A stretch of DNA of 64,000 bases from Octopus sinensis. Its lineage: Eukaryota. Every line of letters starts with the position of its first letter. Position 1 is the stretch's first letter. A program made the translations under genes and the position numbers. This document shows, in pieces, positions 1-12,919 of the stretch. The DNA is taken from the NCBI RefSeq assembly GCF_006345805.1, contig NC_043015.1:21638001-21702000 (forward strand). The letters are read 5' to 3'. Under the pieces are notes generated by a model, which had not been told where the DNA came from, made no database searches, and worked only from the letters and a program-made list of their open reading frames with translations.

Positions 1-305
1 ATTATGCGAATCTATTACCAACGCACGCACACACACACATGCACACACACGCGCACGCACACATACATACACATACCAACACACACACATGCACATAGAA
101 GCACATACATTAAGCTATCACTTGCAGTCATACCAGTAACTGGCATGTCTATCTCGTTCAAAATTCACTTTGCATCCATACGGGTTCTGTTTCAATCCCA
201 GTGCATGATCAAATGGGCCATGCATTTTACTATCTCACCGTACGATGAACAAGTGTTGGGAGAGGACCCGGTAGCCGGATAAGGGACTGATTCATTATAT
301 ATATA

Positions 306-1510
306 CAGGGTGCATAAGGTATTTCAGGACAGACCTGTTTTTGTTCATTGCTGCAGCTTTTGCTAACTTTTTATAATCGTTGTTTTAAAAAATGGCAGTC
401 ACTCAGCTAACTCAAGAAATGACTCTTCATTGCTGTTAATTTAGTTATAAATGCTGAGCATAGAGATTTAAAAGTATCTCGATTTTTAAAAGTTGCCAGA
501 TCTTTCGTCTACAAAGTTTGTAAGGAGCTAGAGATTGAAAATGGAAACGTATCACCAGTATCACAGAATAAACAAGTTTTCTAAACTCTGAAATCATCAG
601 AATACCTGAATTTATCCAGCAAGTTTAACAGACCATAGATTGCAATCCTAGAAAATCCATGAGGTCAATTGCAAAAGATCTCCATGTATCAGAAGGAACA
701 GTCAGAAAAGTTGTCCTCGAAAACATCAGATACAAGTCTCATATGATGATTAAAGGTCAATTTGTCAAAAAGGCAACAGAAAATCACTACATCAGATCTA
801 AAAGTCTCTTCAAGAAACTAAAAATCCTGTAGAAAAAATATTTCATTTGGTTTTTCTCAAACGAAAAATACTTCGACCAAGATCAAAACTTTAACAGAAG
901 AAATGACAAATGGTTATGTGCAGACCCTTCTGAAGTTCCAAGTTTTAGGCATACAACATTTCCTGCAACTGTCGTGGTTTTAGGGGTTGTCAGTAATGAA
1001 GGACATGTGATGCCTCTTAACTTCTTTCCACAAGAACTCTGCCGCCTCCATTGAGGTCCTGGAAACAATTGTTAAGACCTGGAGAGACAGTGTATACAGT
1101 GGAAATTTATATGTGTTACAGTAAGACATGGCTCTAGTAACACAGGAACAGATGGCTGAAAATTTTCATGATCACATAGTCTCTAATATTTGGCCTTGAA
1201 CTGTTACACGTGGAGCGTTGTTAAGAAAGAGATCAATGAACACGCCCATAACACCAAAATTTCTTTGAAAGCTTCTATAGTCAGAGTAATGTCCAAAATG
1301 AATCAGGACTACTTGATTCGAGCATGTAGATGATTTAGATCTCATATAAAAGCAGTTTTCGAAGCTGAAGGTGGTTTTATTGAATAACATTATAGAAAAG
1401 ACGGTTTGTTTTTATCCTCATACATATTTTTGATAAATAAAATCATTATCTGTTATTAAATATGTTTTCTTATAAACATAAATCCATCCTCAAATATCTT
1501 ACGCACCCAA
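306..1510 (+). mobile_element. Decayed Tc1/mariner-superfamily DNA transposon (maT/DD37D-like)
   Basis: Imperfect TIRs: CAGGGTGCATAAGGTATTTCAGGAC at 306 versus the reverse complement of 1486-1510 (TTGGGTGCGTAAGATATTTGAGGAT), with TA on both sides. Around 848-1040 a frame reads WFFSNEKYFDQDQNFNRRNDKWLCADPSEVPSFRHTTFPATVVVLGVVSNEGHVMPLNFFPQEL, a maT-type transposase catalytic region with the first Asp changed to Asn. Stops and frameshifts elsewhere. Subfamily assignment is from recalled motif similarity. Confidence 0.8.
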
Positions 1511-1524
1511 TATATATACACACG

Positions 1525-1582
<58 letters not shown>

Positions 1583-1847
1583 ATATGTGGTGTGTGTGTG
1601 TGTGTGTGTGTGTGTATGTTTGTATTCATTTATTCCTTTACTCTTTTACTTGTTTCAGTCATGTGACAGTGGCCATGCTGGAGCACAGTTCTTGAAAGGG
1701 ATTTTACTGGAAGAAATCCACCCTAAGACTTTTTGGAAGCTTTGTACTTTATGCTATCGTTTTCTATTGTCGAACTGCTAAGTTACAAAAATATCTATAT
1801 GTATATATACATACATACTTTCATACACACATATACATATATATTTA

Positions 1848-1944
<97 letters not shown>

Positions 1945-1978
1945 CTTTCTCTCTCTCTCTCCATATATATACATATAT

Positions 1979-2069
<91 letters not shown>

Positions 2070-2183
2070 CTGTGTGTCTGTGTGTGTGTGTGGATCGTCT
2101 GTGTCCATAAATCCGAAAAAATAAGCAAACTCTATATAGAGTTATAAAGCAGTATATATTAAAGTTAGATAAGTCCGGTCTAC

Positions 2184-2244
2184 GAGATTACCTTAGGTTT
2201 CACGTCCATAAAGGGCCTGGCTTTATGGCGTATCATCAGATCCC
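2184..2244 (-). ncRNA. Type I hammerhead ribozyme in PLE 3' pseudo-LTR
   Basis: Minus strand reads GGGAT-CTGATGA-T-ACGCCATAAAG-CCAGGCC-CTTTATGG-A-CGT-GAAA-CCTAAG-GTA-ATCTC. Intact CUGAUGA and GAAA core, 11-bp stem II, near-palindromic stem III (ACCTAAGGT), GUA cleavage triplet, stem I GGGAT/ATCTC. Confidence 0.85.
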
Positions 2245-3289
2245 AAAATTCCGTTGGCGAAAGGCCTCTCTAGTGAGTGGCCTCTGTAGAAATTGGAAGA
2301 GGAGATTAGCTCCTTACTCAATGGCAATAAAATGGATTATCACCCCTTAGCTACTGATCGCCGATGTCAACAAAGATAGGTGTATACCTTTGGCTATCGA
2401 TCTCCGGTGGCCCTGCTATATTATGGGTTCACATAGGGTAGCAGGGATCTCCTGAAATGCAAGCACCGCCAGAAGACCTCTGTTCTGGTGTTCAGAATGT
2501 TCTCTGTGTCGAGTGTGTCCACTAGGATCATCGCCCATTCTACTATGTATGATTTCCAGTAGTTGGCCCCGTTAATGTAGGGATCTGGATTCTCTAGGAT
2601 ATTGTGTATGGAATCATATACGTGACTGGCTAATGACGTGATGGCTCTCCTCTCCTGTATTCTGAAGGAAAGGCGTTGTTTCAACGAATTCCCGGAACAG
2701 ACGATGTGTTTCCGTGGTCGTGTTTAGGCAATTGTGTGTCCGTTGCTGTTGGCGTCGCTACCGCTGCTTTTGACGGGACTATTGCTGTTGGTGCGTAAGT
2801 TGGTGGTATTGGTGGTGTGGGTGCGAGTGTTGTTGGTGTTGGTGTTACTGGAGGTGGCGATGGTTTTGGTGTCGCCACTACCGGTGTTAGTAAATGTACC
2901 GTTGTTTTTATGGCTATCGCCCTTGATGGAGATGCTGTCATTGTTGTAGATGGCATTGACGATTTCTCTGGTACTCTTTCCGTTAGGGATACTGACATTG
3001 CAGTCTTCGCTGCTATTGATGTTATTGCTGGCGATGGTATTGAAAAAGTTGGGCCTGCTGCTGTAGACGTAGCTGTTAGGGAAGCTACTGCTGTAGCTGT
3101 CGTTGCTGTTGAGCGAACGATCTTCGTCTCTGAGCTCGCAAGCTGGGAGAAGTCTGAAATGTGGACTTTTGCTATTCGTAAGACCCGTAGAAGAGAAAGG
3201 AGGTTAACCGCCGACATCGAGAGCATCGACGGATGGATGAAGGCGCATCCAGGCTCAGCGGTTAAGTAGGAAGTTGGGGAAAAGAAACA

Positions 3290-3478
3290 GGAAGAAAGAG
3301 TGAGAGAAAGTTAGAGTGAAAGAGTACAACAGCGGTCGCCACCATCTCCTGTCGGAGCCTCGTGGAGCTTTAGGTGTTTTCGCTCAATAAACACACACAA
3401 CGCTCGGTCTGGGAATCGAAACCGCGATCTTCCGACCGCGAGTCCGCTGCCCTAACCATTGAGCCATTGCGCCTCCAC
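3290..3478 (-). mobile_element. tRNA-derived SINE (family B)
   Basis: Head GGAGGCGCAATGGCTCAATGGTTAGGGCAGCGGACTCGCGGTCGGAAGATCGCGGTTTCGATTCCC with Pol III A/B boxes. A homologous copy lies at 55152(+). Confidence 0.8.
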
Positions 3479-3510
3479 TTGCTGTTGCTGCTGTTGTCGC
3501 TGGGAGTATA

Positions 3511-3840
3511 GGAAAGGAGCACTCCGTCGGTTACGACGATGAGGGTCCCAGCTGATACGATCAACGGAACAGCTTGCTCGTGAAATTAACGTGTAAGTGA
3601 CTGAGCAATCCACAGACACGTGTACCCCTAACGTAGTTCTCAGGGAGATTCAGTGTGACACAGAGTGTGACAAGGCCAGCCCTTTCAAATACAGGTACAA
3701 CTCATTTTTGCCAGCTGAGTGGACTGGAGCAACGTGAAATAAAGTGTCTTGCTCAAGGACACAACGCATCGCCGGGAATCGAACTCAGGGCCATACAATC
3801 GTCAGTTGAATGCCCTAACCACTAAGCCATGCGCCCTCGC
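3511..3840 (-). mobile_element. tRNA-derived SINE (family A) with 14-bp target-site duplication
   Basis: Head GGCGCATGGCTTAGTGGTTAGGGCATTC...GAGTTCGATTCCCGG. Exact TSD TCGCTGGGAGTATA at 3497-3510 and 3841-3854. Other copies near 33040(+), 42120(-) and 53345(-). Confidence 0.85.
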
Positions 3841-4591
3841 TCGCTGGGAGTATAACCTTTGCTGTCATTGATGTTGTTGTCGCTACTGATCTCGTTTCTG
3901 CTGCTGCTACAATTGGTACTGAGGTATCTGATTATGTGGTGAATTTTAACGGAACAGTTGATGTAGCTGCTGCTGCTTGGTTTGACCAATACCTCGGCTT
4001 TATAGATGACTCCCTTGGTTTCGCAGCGGTCCTTGTATGAACATCTTGCCCCACTCGCGATGTAGGGGTGCTAAATATAATGCTCTTAATATTGGGGGTA
4101 CTGCTAAAAGAGACTCTAAAGTTGTTCTTTTTGAAAATGCGTCCGTATTGTTGAAAATGGACCAGTGAAATATTTACCTATTAATTTAACAAATCTCCTA
4201 CCAACACACGTCTGTACGTTAAGAGAAAAGCGGGGCAAACCAAATGATATTTCTGTGGTTCTACCTTCTACAGATTTCGGTGCCCGGCATGTAGGAGATG
4301 CGGTCTCTAAATCTGTTATCAGCTGGGGCCTCGATATAGTTGGGTGTTACTGCATCAAATATCTTTTGGCTGGAGGAAAGATTCGTGATCCTTTTACTAA
4401 CACCCTTCACCAGGTTTTTGAACACGAAGAATAGGTGACAGAAGACTGTGTTGATGTACTTTAAACTCTCATTTGGCGATCGATAGTTAAGAGGTGACAA
4501 TCCCTTTTGTTGTCATTGAGTAACAAGCTTATTTCCTCCACCATATTGGAGAGAGGTCACTCACTAGTGGGGCCTTTAGCCAACAAGTTTT

Positions 4592-4652
4592 GGGATGTGA
4601 CAATATGGCATGAAGCCAGGCCATTTATGGACGTGAAACCTAAGGTAATCCC
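4592..4652 (+). ncRNA. Degenerate hammerhead copy in inverted PLE pseudo-LTR
   Basis: GGGAT-GTGACAA...GAAA-CCTAAG-GTA-ATCCC. Stems I and III and GAAA are kept, but the CUGAUGA core is mutated. Confidence 0.6.
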
Positions 4653-4998
4653 ACAAACACCTTATCCAACTTTACTATATATATATATATTTAAAATAAT
4701 GAGGGAGATAAATTGAATATTAATTTAATTAATATCAATTTAAAACCAGTAGCCTAGCATACAAAAATCTGAAAAATCAGAGAAAGTTCTAATACCTGTG
4801 TATAATTAAAGTGCTAAGAAGCACTATGTGGTAAGCCATATGCTAGAAGTAGATCACCTACGATCAAACTACAAAGAAAAAAATGTTCTCTAGAGGAAAA
4901 TTCAGCGGACACCAGAACAATATGCGGGCAAGGCAGATGAAAATTATATAAAAAACAAGAATTAATCTCAGACCGGCGGTTTAGCCTATTAACTTTAA

Positions 4999-5062
<64 letters not shown>

Positions 5063-5092
5063 TATATATATATATATATATATATATACATT

Positions 5093-5246
5093 CAGTCCTC
5101 ACTAAGTGTGACTAATGTTGCAAATGTTACCTCCCCTCTCAACATGTTTATATATTTTCGCTCCTTTTGAACATCAAGAGTATTTTCACCCTGATTTCTA
5201 CCAGGGAAGGTGCTTCAGCACCCTTAGTCACACTTAGTGACGATTT
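5093..5246. mobile_element. MITE
   Basis: Perfect 17-bp inverted repeat TCACTAAGTGTGACTAA at 5099-5115 and 5224-5240. Confidence 0.6.
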
Positions 5247-5589
5247 AAGTTTTCCCTTATTATATCACATTACGCCTGTGCGCGCGCGCGCGCGCGTGTG
5301 TGTACAGGCATGTATACATCTGCGTGTTTGTCAGTGTGTGCAGTTGTGTACTTGTGTAAATGCGTATATTTGGTGTGGGTATGTCTATATGCTTCTCCTT
5401 AATCCTCTCGCCTGAAAAAAAAGTAGATGTTCGTTTGTTTACATTCGTGAAGGTAATCTGGTGCCGATAAAAGAGACGATACAAAAGCACCGGTCTTGCT
5501 CCAACATAGCTGGAATTCAATGAATAAGAATAGAAAATGTATAATAGAGATTGCATGCGTAGTAAAATATATATTTATAAATGATATAC

Positions 5590-5624
<35 letters not shown>

Positions 5625-5636
5625 CATATTATATAC

Positions 5637-5713
<77 letters not shown>

Positions 5714-5842
5714 TATATGTATATATAACATATGTATGCATGTATATATATATATAAATATTATATATAATAAATATTAGGGAATAAATCCAATTACAGG
5801 GAAAAAAATCAGATTTAGGATTAAATCCAATTTTATAGTAAA

Positions 5843-5875
<33 letters not shown>

Positions 5876-5973
5876 TATATATACGTTCAACCATACATAT
5901 ATATTTCCCTGCGCATACACATATGCATACATAAGTATACTTATACACACAATATATATATATATAATATATA

Positions 5974-6021
<48 letters not shown>

Positions 6022-6416
6022 ATTCCTGTGTGTGTGTGTATATGAAGGCATGTATATAAATAGGCGTGTTCGTGCGCGTGCGATATTGTGTGGTTATGTG
6101 ATTCAATGTCTCTTCGAGTATGCCTCTATTCATTCAAAAGATACGACCGAGTAGGTTAGTTCAATGGCTGTTGGTGTCTTCCTGTTTCTCTTTGTATTAT
6201 TTTCAGCAGCTCACCAATGTTCCGCCACATCTACTCCAGCCAATCATAAGGATATTTGTTAGCTCTAATATTTCCTGCTACATTTATTAATAAATGATAT
6301 TTTTTTTATTAAAACGGATGTGTCAGAGAAATACAAATAAATATTTACTATAAATACGTCAATAAGGAAATAAATAACTAAAAAATGCATCAACGCACAT
6401 ATTAATGTTTGTACGC

Positions 6417-6522
<106 letters not shown>

Positions 6523-6592
6523 GCCCCTCTCTCTCTAACTATATACAATAATAGGTATATACATATACATATGCATACACAGACACACACAG

Positions 6593-6633
<41 letters not shown>

Positions 6634-6635
<2 letters not shown>

Positions 6636-6774
6636 GTAATGTCTCGATATACGAGTTAATTTCTTACTGGAGAAGACACGTAAATGGAAAATTCGTAAAC
6701 AGGATATAAAGTTCGTAAAAGTTCGTAAACCTGGCGTCTCAGAAAGTGGGTCCCCTTACAGTGAGGTATTACTG
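6634..6774. mobile_element. pogo/Tigger-like MITE
   Basis: TIRs CAGTAATGTCTC (6634) and GAGGTATTACTG (ending 6774), 10/12 match; followed by TA. Confidence 0.5.
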
Positions 6775-6972
6775 TATGTATATAAAAAAATATACATGTG
6801 TGTGTGTGTGTACAGAGTGTGACGTACAGAATTAAATATTGAGAAAAGAAATTCCTCAGAATTTTCGAAAAAAATTGTATTTGACAAGAACGAAAGGGCT
6901 AATAATAATGAAGAAATTAAAGGAGTTTTTTCCAAAGTTCTGACGAATTTCCTCTCCCTCTCTTTCTCTCTT

Positions 6973-7010
<38 letters not shown>

Positions 7011-7059
7011 AATGTATACACACATATACAGATGTATATGTATGTAGTTTAATTATTAT

Positions 7060-7225
7060 GTGCGTTATATTACTTCCGCGTTTACATTGTGTTCTAATTC
7101 CGCCGGGGGCGACTTTTCCCTTCATTCTTACGGAGTCGATAAATTAAGTACCAATGAAGCAGTTGAGTCTATGTCCCCTCCCCACCAAATTTGGCGCGTT
7201 GTGCCTCCAGTTGAAAGGATTATTT
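7060..7225 (+). mobile_element. SINE family C, 5'-degraded
   Basis: AATTCCGCCG..GACTTT..CTTCATTCTT..GGAGTCGATAAATTAAGTACCA body and a CCAAATTTGGCGCGTTGTGCCT tail, homologous to 48375. Confidence 0.65.
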
Positions 7226-7349
7226 ACGCGTATACACATACACACATAAATATAAATATAAATATGAATATATATATACAGTTCCCTAGATTGATAGACG
7301 TGCGTATACATTTGTGTTGCCCATCGGTGTTTGTGTAATATGATATTTT

Positions 7350-7560
7350 CTATTCTAGGCAGAAGGCCTGAAATTTCTGGGGAGGGGGCCTGTCGATTAG
7401 ATTGACCCCCCATACCCAACTGGTGCTTAATTTATCGACTCCGAAACGATGAGAGGCAAAGTCGACCTCGGCGGAATTTGAACTCAGAACGTAAAGACAG
7501 ACGAAATACTGCTAAGTATTTCGCCTGGCGTGCTAATGTTTCTGCCAACGTGCTAACGTT
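7350..7560 (-). mobile_element. SINE family C (tail type 1)
   Basis: Reverse complement of GCAGAAACATTAGCACGCCAGGCGAAATAC...TTCTGAGTTCAAATTCCGCCGAGGTCGACTTTGCC. Also at 16335-16490(+), 39335-39550(-) and 56860-57065(-). Confidence 0.8.
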
Positions 7561-9075
7561 TCTGACTAATATAATGAGAGACCGGTGAATTAGACTGATA
7601 TTAGCTGATAGTAGAGCTGCCTGTGTAAGCTCAGATGCGACTGTAAGCATTTTCTCTGATATAAGTAGCTATCTCGAGAAAATGTTGAAGTCAAATTAAG
7701 ATACATTAACATGGACCTCACTAATATGTATCGCGCGTTCCTTATAGGCTTTCGGTCGACCACATTGTTACATTGTAGCTTTTGCATATCCAAAAATAAC
7801 TATAATACATGTCTATTCGTTTATGTTCGCCAATTGTAGTATTATGGAAGAAAAGAAAAAAATATACGTAGAAAAGAACTGACTGCATTAAGGAAAACTT
7901 ATGAATCGCGCCTTATTGCGGGTTCTAATAAATTTTTATAAACGTCAGAGACTTCTGTTACGCGGGAATACATAATTACTACTACAGATATTGGGTATTT
8001 TCTTCGGAATGCTAACTGATTCACAAATCCCTAAACACACACACATGCAGACAGACACACAGACACACTCACAAACACACACATACACACCCACTCACAC
8101 ACAGTCACACACATACAATAACATAGAAATACTCACCTACATACATGTGTGCACACACACATACAGTCATATATATATACAGACACACTTCAGACGCACA
8201 CACACACGCCTATAAAAGTAGTTAATACCTACATAGATACACAGGTATATACTTATACGGGATATATATAAAATGACTGAAGTATTGTGGCAGTCGCTTG
8301 TCCGATCTTGCGGTATTTGACCTCTGCTGTACGACCGAGAAGTTGACAGTTTGTTGTCGCGGAGTTCTATCACTCTAGTACTCCACTGGGCCTGGAAGTA
8401 CGGCTCAACCTCTTAGATGAATTGTCCTCACGGGACTAAATTTTCCAATCAACTTAGCATGTTTGTATGCACACATTTGAAATGGTGGTTCACTCACATG
8501 GGTTCCCTCTTTTCCTTGCAGCTTTTGGTTTTTCATCTCGCAGTTTGTCTAAAGTCATCCCCTTTTAGCTGCTGACTTCCCGACTATACGAAGGTTGTAT
8601 TGAGTTACATGTTTCAAATATTCCTCAAACATGCTTCTCGTGGATCTTAATCAAGTGGCAGTCTCTAGCAATATATAACGTTTTTTTTTTCGGCGAACAC
8701 TTCATAAATATGGCATCTCCTCTATGTCAGACGATCTCCAGACAGAAAATGTTTGTAACATCTGCTGTGGAGTTTGTATGCTAAACGTTGGACTTGCTAA
8801 TAAGGTGAAATCTCAGACAGCGTCTACTAAAAAGATGTCACAAACACCATCGTATATAAGTATACACGTGCTTATACATACATACGTATATGTATGTGTT
8901 TGTGTCTGTGTGTGTGTTTTCTTTTCTTGTAATTCTATTAGGTCTTTCATCTCTATCAAACATCATCTAAGTGAGGATATTTGTCTCGGTGGTTTTAGAT
9001 AGATGTACTTTCAACATTGCATTGCCGACTTCGGAGGACATTAGGACTTTGATGTGCACCGTCCACATGTCATTA

Positions 9076-9956
9076 TACGAGCTCAACAAGTATTCGGAGT
9101 GTTGCCATAGTAACAAAGGTAAAGCACGCAGTGTAAAGTCGTTTGTCAGTGATTGAGCTTAACCACTGCTATGCATGAGCACTAAGTTTTAATGTTTTAG
9201 CTCACATCGGTTGTTTACAGCAGTTCTTGGAAGCAATGTGTGTAGTATGTAACCATCGCATTGACCATGAGAGAATGTTGTCATTGCGATACCTGCTCAG
9301 AGGCCAATGCAAAGTTGCAGAAAGTGTATGGAGAGGAGTATATGAACCACACACAAATGTACTAGCGGTTCATACGTTTCCAAGATAGACAAAAAAAAAT
9401 GCCGATATTGACGAACGCTATGGGAGACCCGCAACCAGAAGAACTGGGGAAAGGTCGTAGTTGTGAGAGGAAATCCGCAAATAACCATCCGTGAGATATC
9501 TGAGGATGTGCAGATTAGTTACAGTTCATTTCAGTCCATTACCACTTAAGATTTGGTGATGATGTTCGTGTCTGCCAAATTTCTACCAAAACTGCTTTTA
9601 GCTGACCAAAAGGACATTCGGGTTTCATTTGCACAAGATCCCTTTGATTGTGATAAGAACGATGTAATCTTTTTTGAAAAATCTGTGTAGGTCTCTGAGC
9701 AGGTATCGCCAAGCTGTTGGCCAAATTTGATGCAGATTCTCTGCTCAGCTTCCTCTGTCATTGTCAATGCAACGTTCGCACGCCATGCAACTTCCTTCAA
9801 AGCACTGCTGTAAACAACGTAAGTGTGGAAGAAGTTAAATCTGAGTGCGCATGCACAGCAGAGCTCAAGGTCAATCTGTGCAAAGCAGATTCACTCTGCG
9901 TGCTTTAGCTTCGGTACAACGACAATAGTCCCTTTACTTATCGATGAGACCATGTA
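9076..9956. mobile_element. Two mariner 5' halves joined in inverted orientation
   Basis: Plus strand about 9280-9680 encodes a decayed mariner N-terminus (DTCSEANAKLQKVYGEE..ERYGRP..ITIREISEDVQIS..VSAKFLPKLL). Minus strand 9680-9800 encodes MTEEAEQRICIKFGQQLGDTCSETY. Both halves share AAAGCACGCAG near their outer TA-bounded ends. Confidence 0.7.
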
Positions 9957-10096
9957 CATTAACCCTGCTTTCGACACCCATACGAAAAATGAAAACTGGC
10001 CCTCAGCGACAGCTCTACAGCGTTTCTAATATCTTTCCTCGTTACGGTTTTTGGCTGGTTGTTCTGTGTACCGCATTACATTGTATTGTCGAAGGT

Positions 10097-10259
10097 ATGG
10101 CTAAGTGTTTCAGCCGCTGTTTTGGTGGCTGTCTTCACTATAAAATGTGTAGCAGAAAGCACCACAATGTTTGCCTCAAATTTAGTACAAATTGGATTAA
10201 TTCATCTATTGTCGTTTTCGTACTCTCGTGCGTATTTTGCTTTAATACACTAGCACAAG
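10097..10259 (+). CDS. Possible first coding exon (signal-peptide-like) of an unknown host gene
   Basis: Non-repetitive ORF M(AKCFSRCFGGCLHYK)MCSRKHHNVCLKFSTNWINSSIVVFVLSCVFCFNTLAQ ending at a strong donor AAG|GTAAAT (GT at 10260-10261, phase 1). No downstream exon identified. Confidence 0.2.
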
Positions 10260-11193
10260 GTAAATTTGTTACGATTCTCCGGTATTTATTCTTTCACATC
10301 AAATCAATTTACGAATGAGGTATCCAACTTGAAGCAATGGTAAAGTATTTTACTAGGTGATTCTGGATCTTAGTTTCAAATCTACTTCCAGCTTGAGTTT
10401 CGGTATTCTCGACTATAATATCTCATTTCATATATACCTAAGCTTTATTATATTTTGTTGCATTTGCCTTCAAATTTCGACTACATTCCAAGCCAACGCA
10501 CCTGCTTTGATTATAATATCATTTATTAATATTTTGTACGTCTCATAATATTGTTTCCAAGTGGATACAAATGTTAAAATAATTTCTATAAAGTCTGTTG
10601 TAAAATTAATGACGTGTAATAAAGAAATAAAGTTCATATTATATAAAGCTGAACTTATCTGATTAATCATTATTTTATTGTAGTTGGGGAAACAAAAACA
10701 AAAACAATCTAAACATATTTTCAAGTGTTTTACACAATGTTCCTGGCAAGTCCTTGACAGTGATCTGTGATAAAACTGTCTCACATAGTCACATTTGGTA
10801 GGATAGCTGCAATTAGTAGTGTCGTCTCCAGTATATGGAATGGGATATACGTTATGCGCACTTCTATAGTAATTTATAAGATAAATTATGACCTGGAAGC
10901 ATTTTAAAAATGAGAATATAATATATAATAAAAATATAGAAAATCTTATCTTGGCTCTTTTACGGATCTTGCAATTTCATTGCTCTCCTTCAGGAGTTCA
11001 AAAATGGTGAACGAAGAAAATTGCCTCTGCCTTATGTCGTTTATCTAAATATAGAAAACTGGTCTTACAAAATGTTCACGTGTTAAATCTATGACATCGT
11101 CTGTTTAGTACAGCAGTTAATCAGCTAGAAATTTTAGGGTCAACTGCCTAAGAGAAAAAAATAGATATAACATATTGAATATATATATGTACT

Positions 11194-11880
<687 letters not shown>

Positions 11881-11886
11881 ATAAAA

Positions 11887-11936
<50 letters not shown>

Positions 11937-12252
11937 GTTCATATGTACCGGGGTATAGGGGAAAGAGCAAGGGTTTTCTCAATAATATTAATACCACATT
12001 ACGTAAGCTGAGCAGAGAAGGCCTAAAATCTAGAGGCCGTCTCGTATTTGTCCCTATTTTGTTACCCTTCTTTCCCTGTACGATGAAAGATGGTCGTCGT
12101 ATGCACACGCAAACTTTCAAGTCATATGCTGAGACAAACTTTTAAAAGATATACGTAATCCCTACTAAATGTATTGTGCACCAATCACTCGCACGCGCAC
12201 AGAGACACCTCCAAACACAAACCCAGACACACACACAAACATCTATATCTAC

Positions 12253-12345
<93 letters not shown>

Positions 12346-12474
12346 AGTCTATTTCTAAGTATATGTATATATTCTGATCAAAGCTCTCTGCTTGTCTTTC
12401 CTTATTTGCAGATGTACATACATACATACATACATACATACATACATACATACATACATACATACATACATACA

Positions 12475-12510
<36 letters not shown>

Positions 12511-12610
12511 TATATAGTCAATAAAAAGGGTAAAGTTTATTAATTATTAATTAATTCGACCGAGCAGTATTCGGTGAGTAAAACGACCATTTACGGTATA
12601 TTTGAAATAT

Positions 12611-12903
12611 TACTTTATAAAAATAGGGTAAAGTAAAATAATTTACTTTACCACACACCGAGCTTTTTAGAAATAGCAGCCAAAAATTTGGCTATTTCTT
12701 CAACTGCAAGAAAAGACTCCCAGACAATGCATACTGAGAAATAACTGTTTTCCCTTATACCTATGTAAGTTATTTCTGAGTATGCATTGTCTGGGAGACT
12801 TTTCTTGCAGTAGAAGAAATAGCCAAATTTTTGGCTGCTATTTCTAAAAAGCTCGGTGTGTGGTAAAGTAAATTATTTTACTTTACCCTATTTTTATAAA
12901 GTA
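12611..12903. mobile_element. Foldback / palindromic MITE-like element
   Basis: Arms of about 135 bp (TACTTTATAAAAATAGGGTAAAG...GAGAAATAACT and its reverse complement), nearly identical, around a spacer of about 20 nt. Confidence 0.75.
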
Positions 12904-12919
12904 TATATATATATATATG

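Larger units (their letters stand above)
2150..4690 (-). mobile_element. 5'-truncated Penelope-like retroelement (RT thumb + GIY-YIG endonuclease) with an inverted pseudo-LTR copy
   Basis: Minus-strand peptides match the PLE thumb/linker (YRSPNESLKYINTVFCHLFFVFKNLVKGVSKRITNLSSSQKIFDAVTPNY; NIIWFAP..; SFSSTPNIKSII) and GIY-YIG (KGVIYKAEV; KHIVCSGNSLKQRLSFR; PYINGANY..; ENILNTRTEVFWRCLHFRRSLL). 2161-2362 is an inverted diverged copy of 4475-4673. Confidence 0.8.

Noticed and set aside
3290-3840. tRNA-like sequences in SINE heads
   Set aside because: A/B boxes are present but there is no complete cloverleaf, and they continue into SINE bodies; these are not tRNA genes.
6164-6262. 32-aa ORF MAVGVFLFLFVLFSAAHQCSATSTPANHKDIC resembling a signal peptide; the minus strand has weak CGGTL and piggyBac-like GVDVA motifs
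   Set aside because: Too short, no good splice donor, and the competing interpretations are equally weak.
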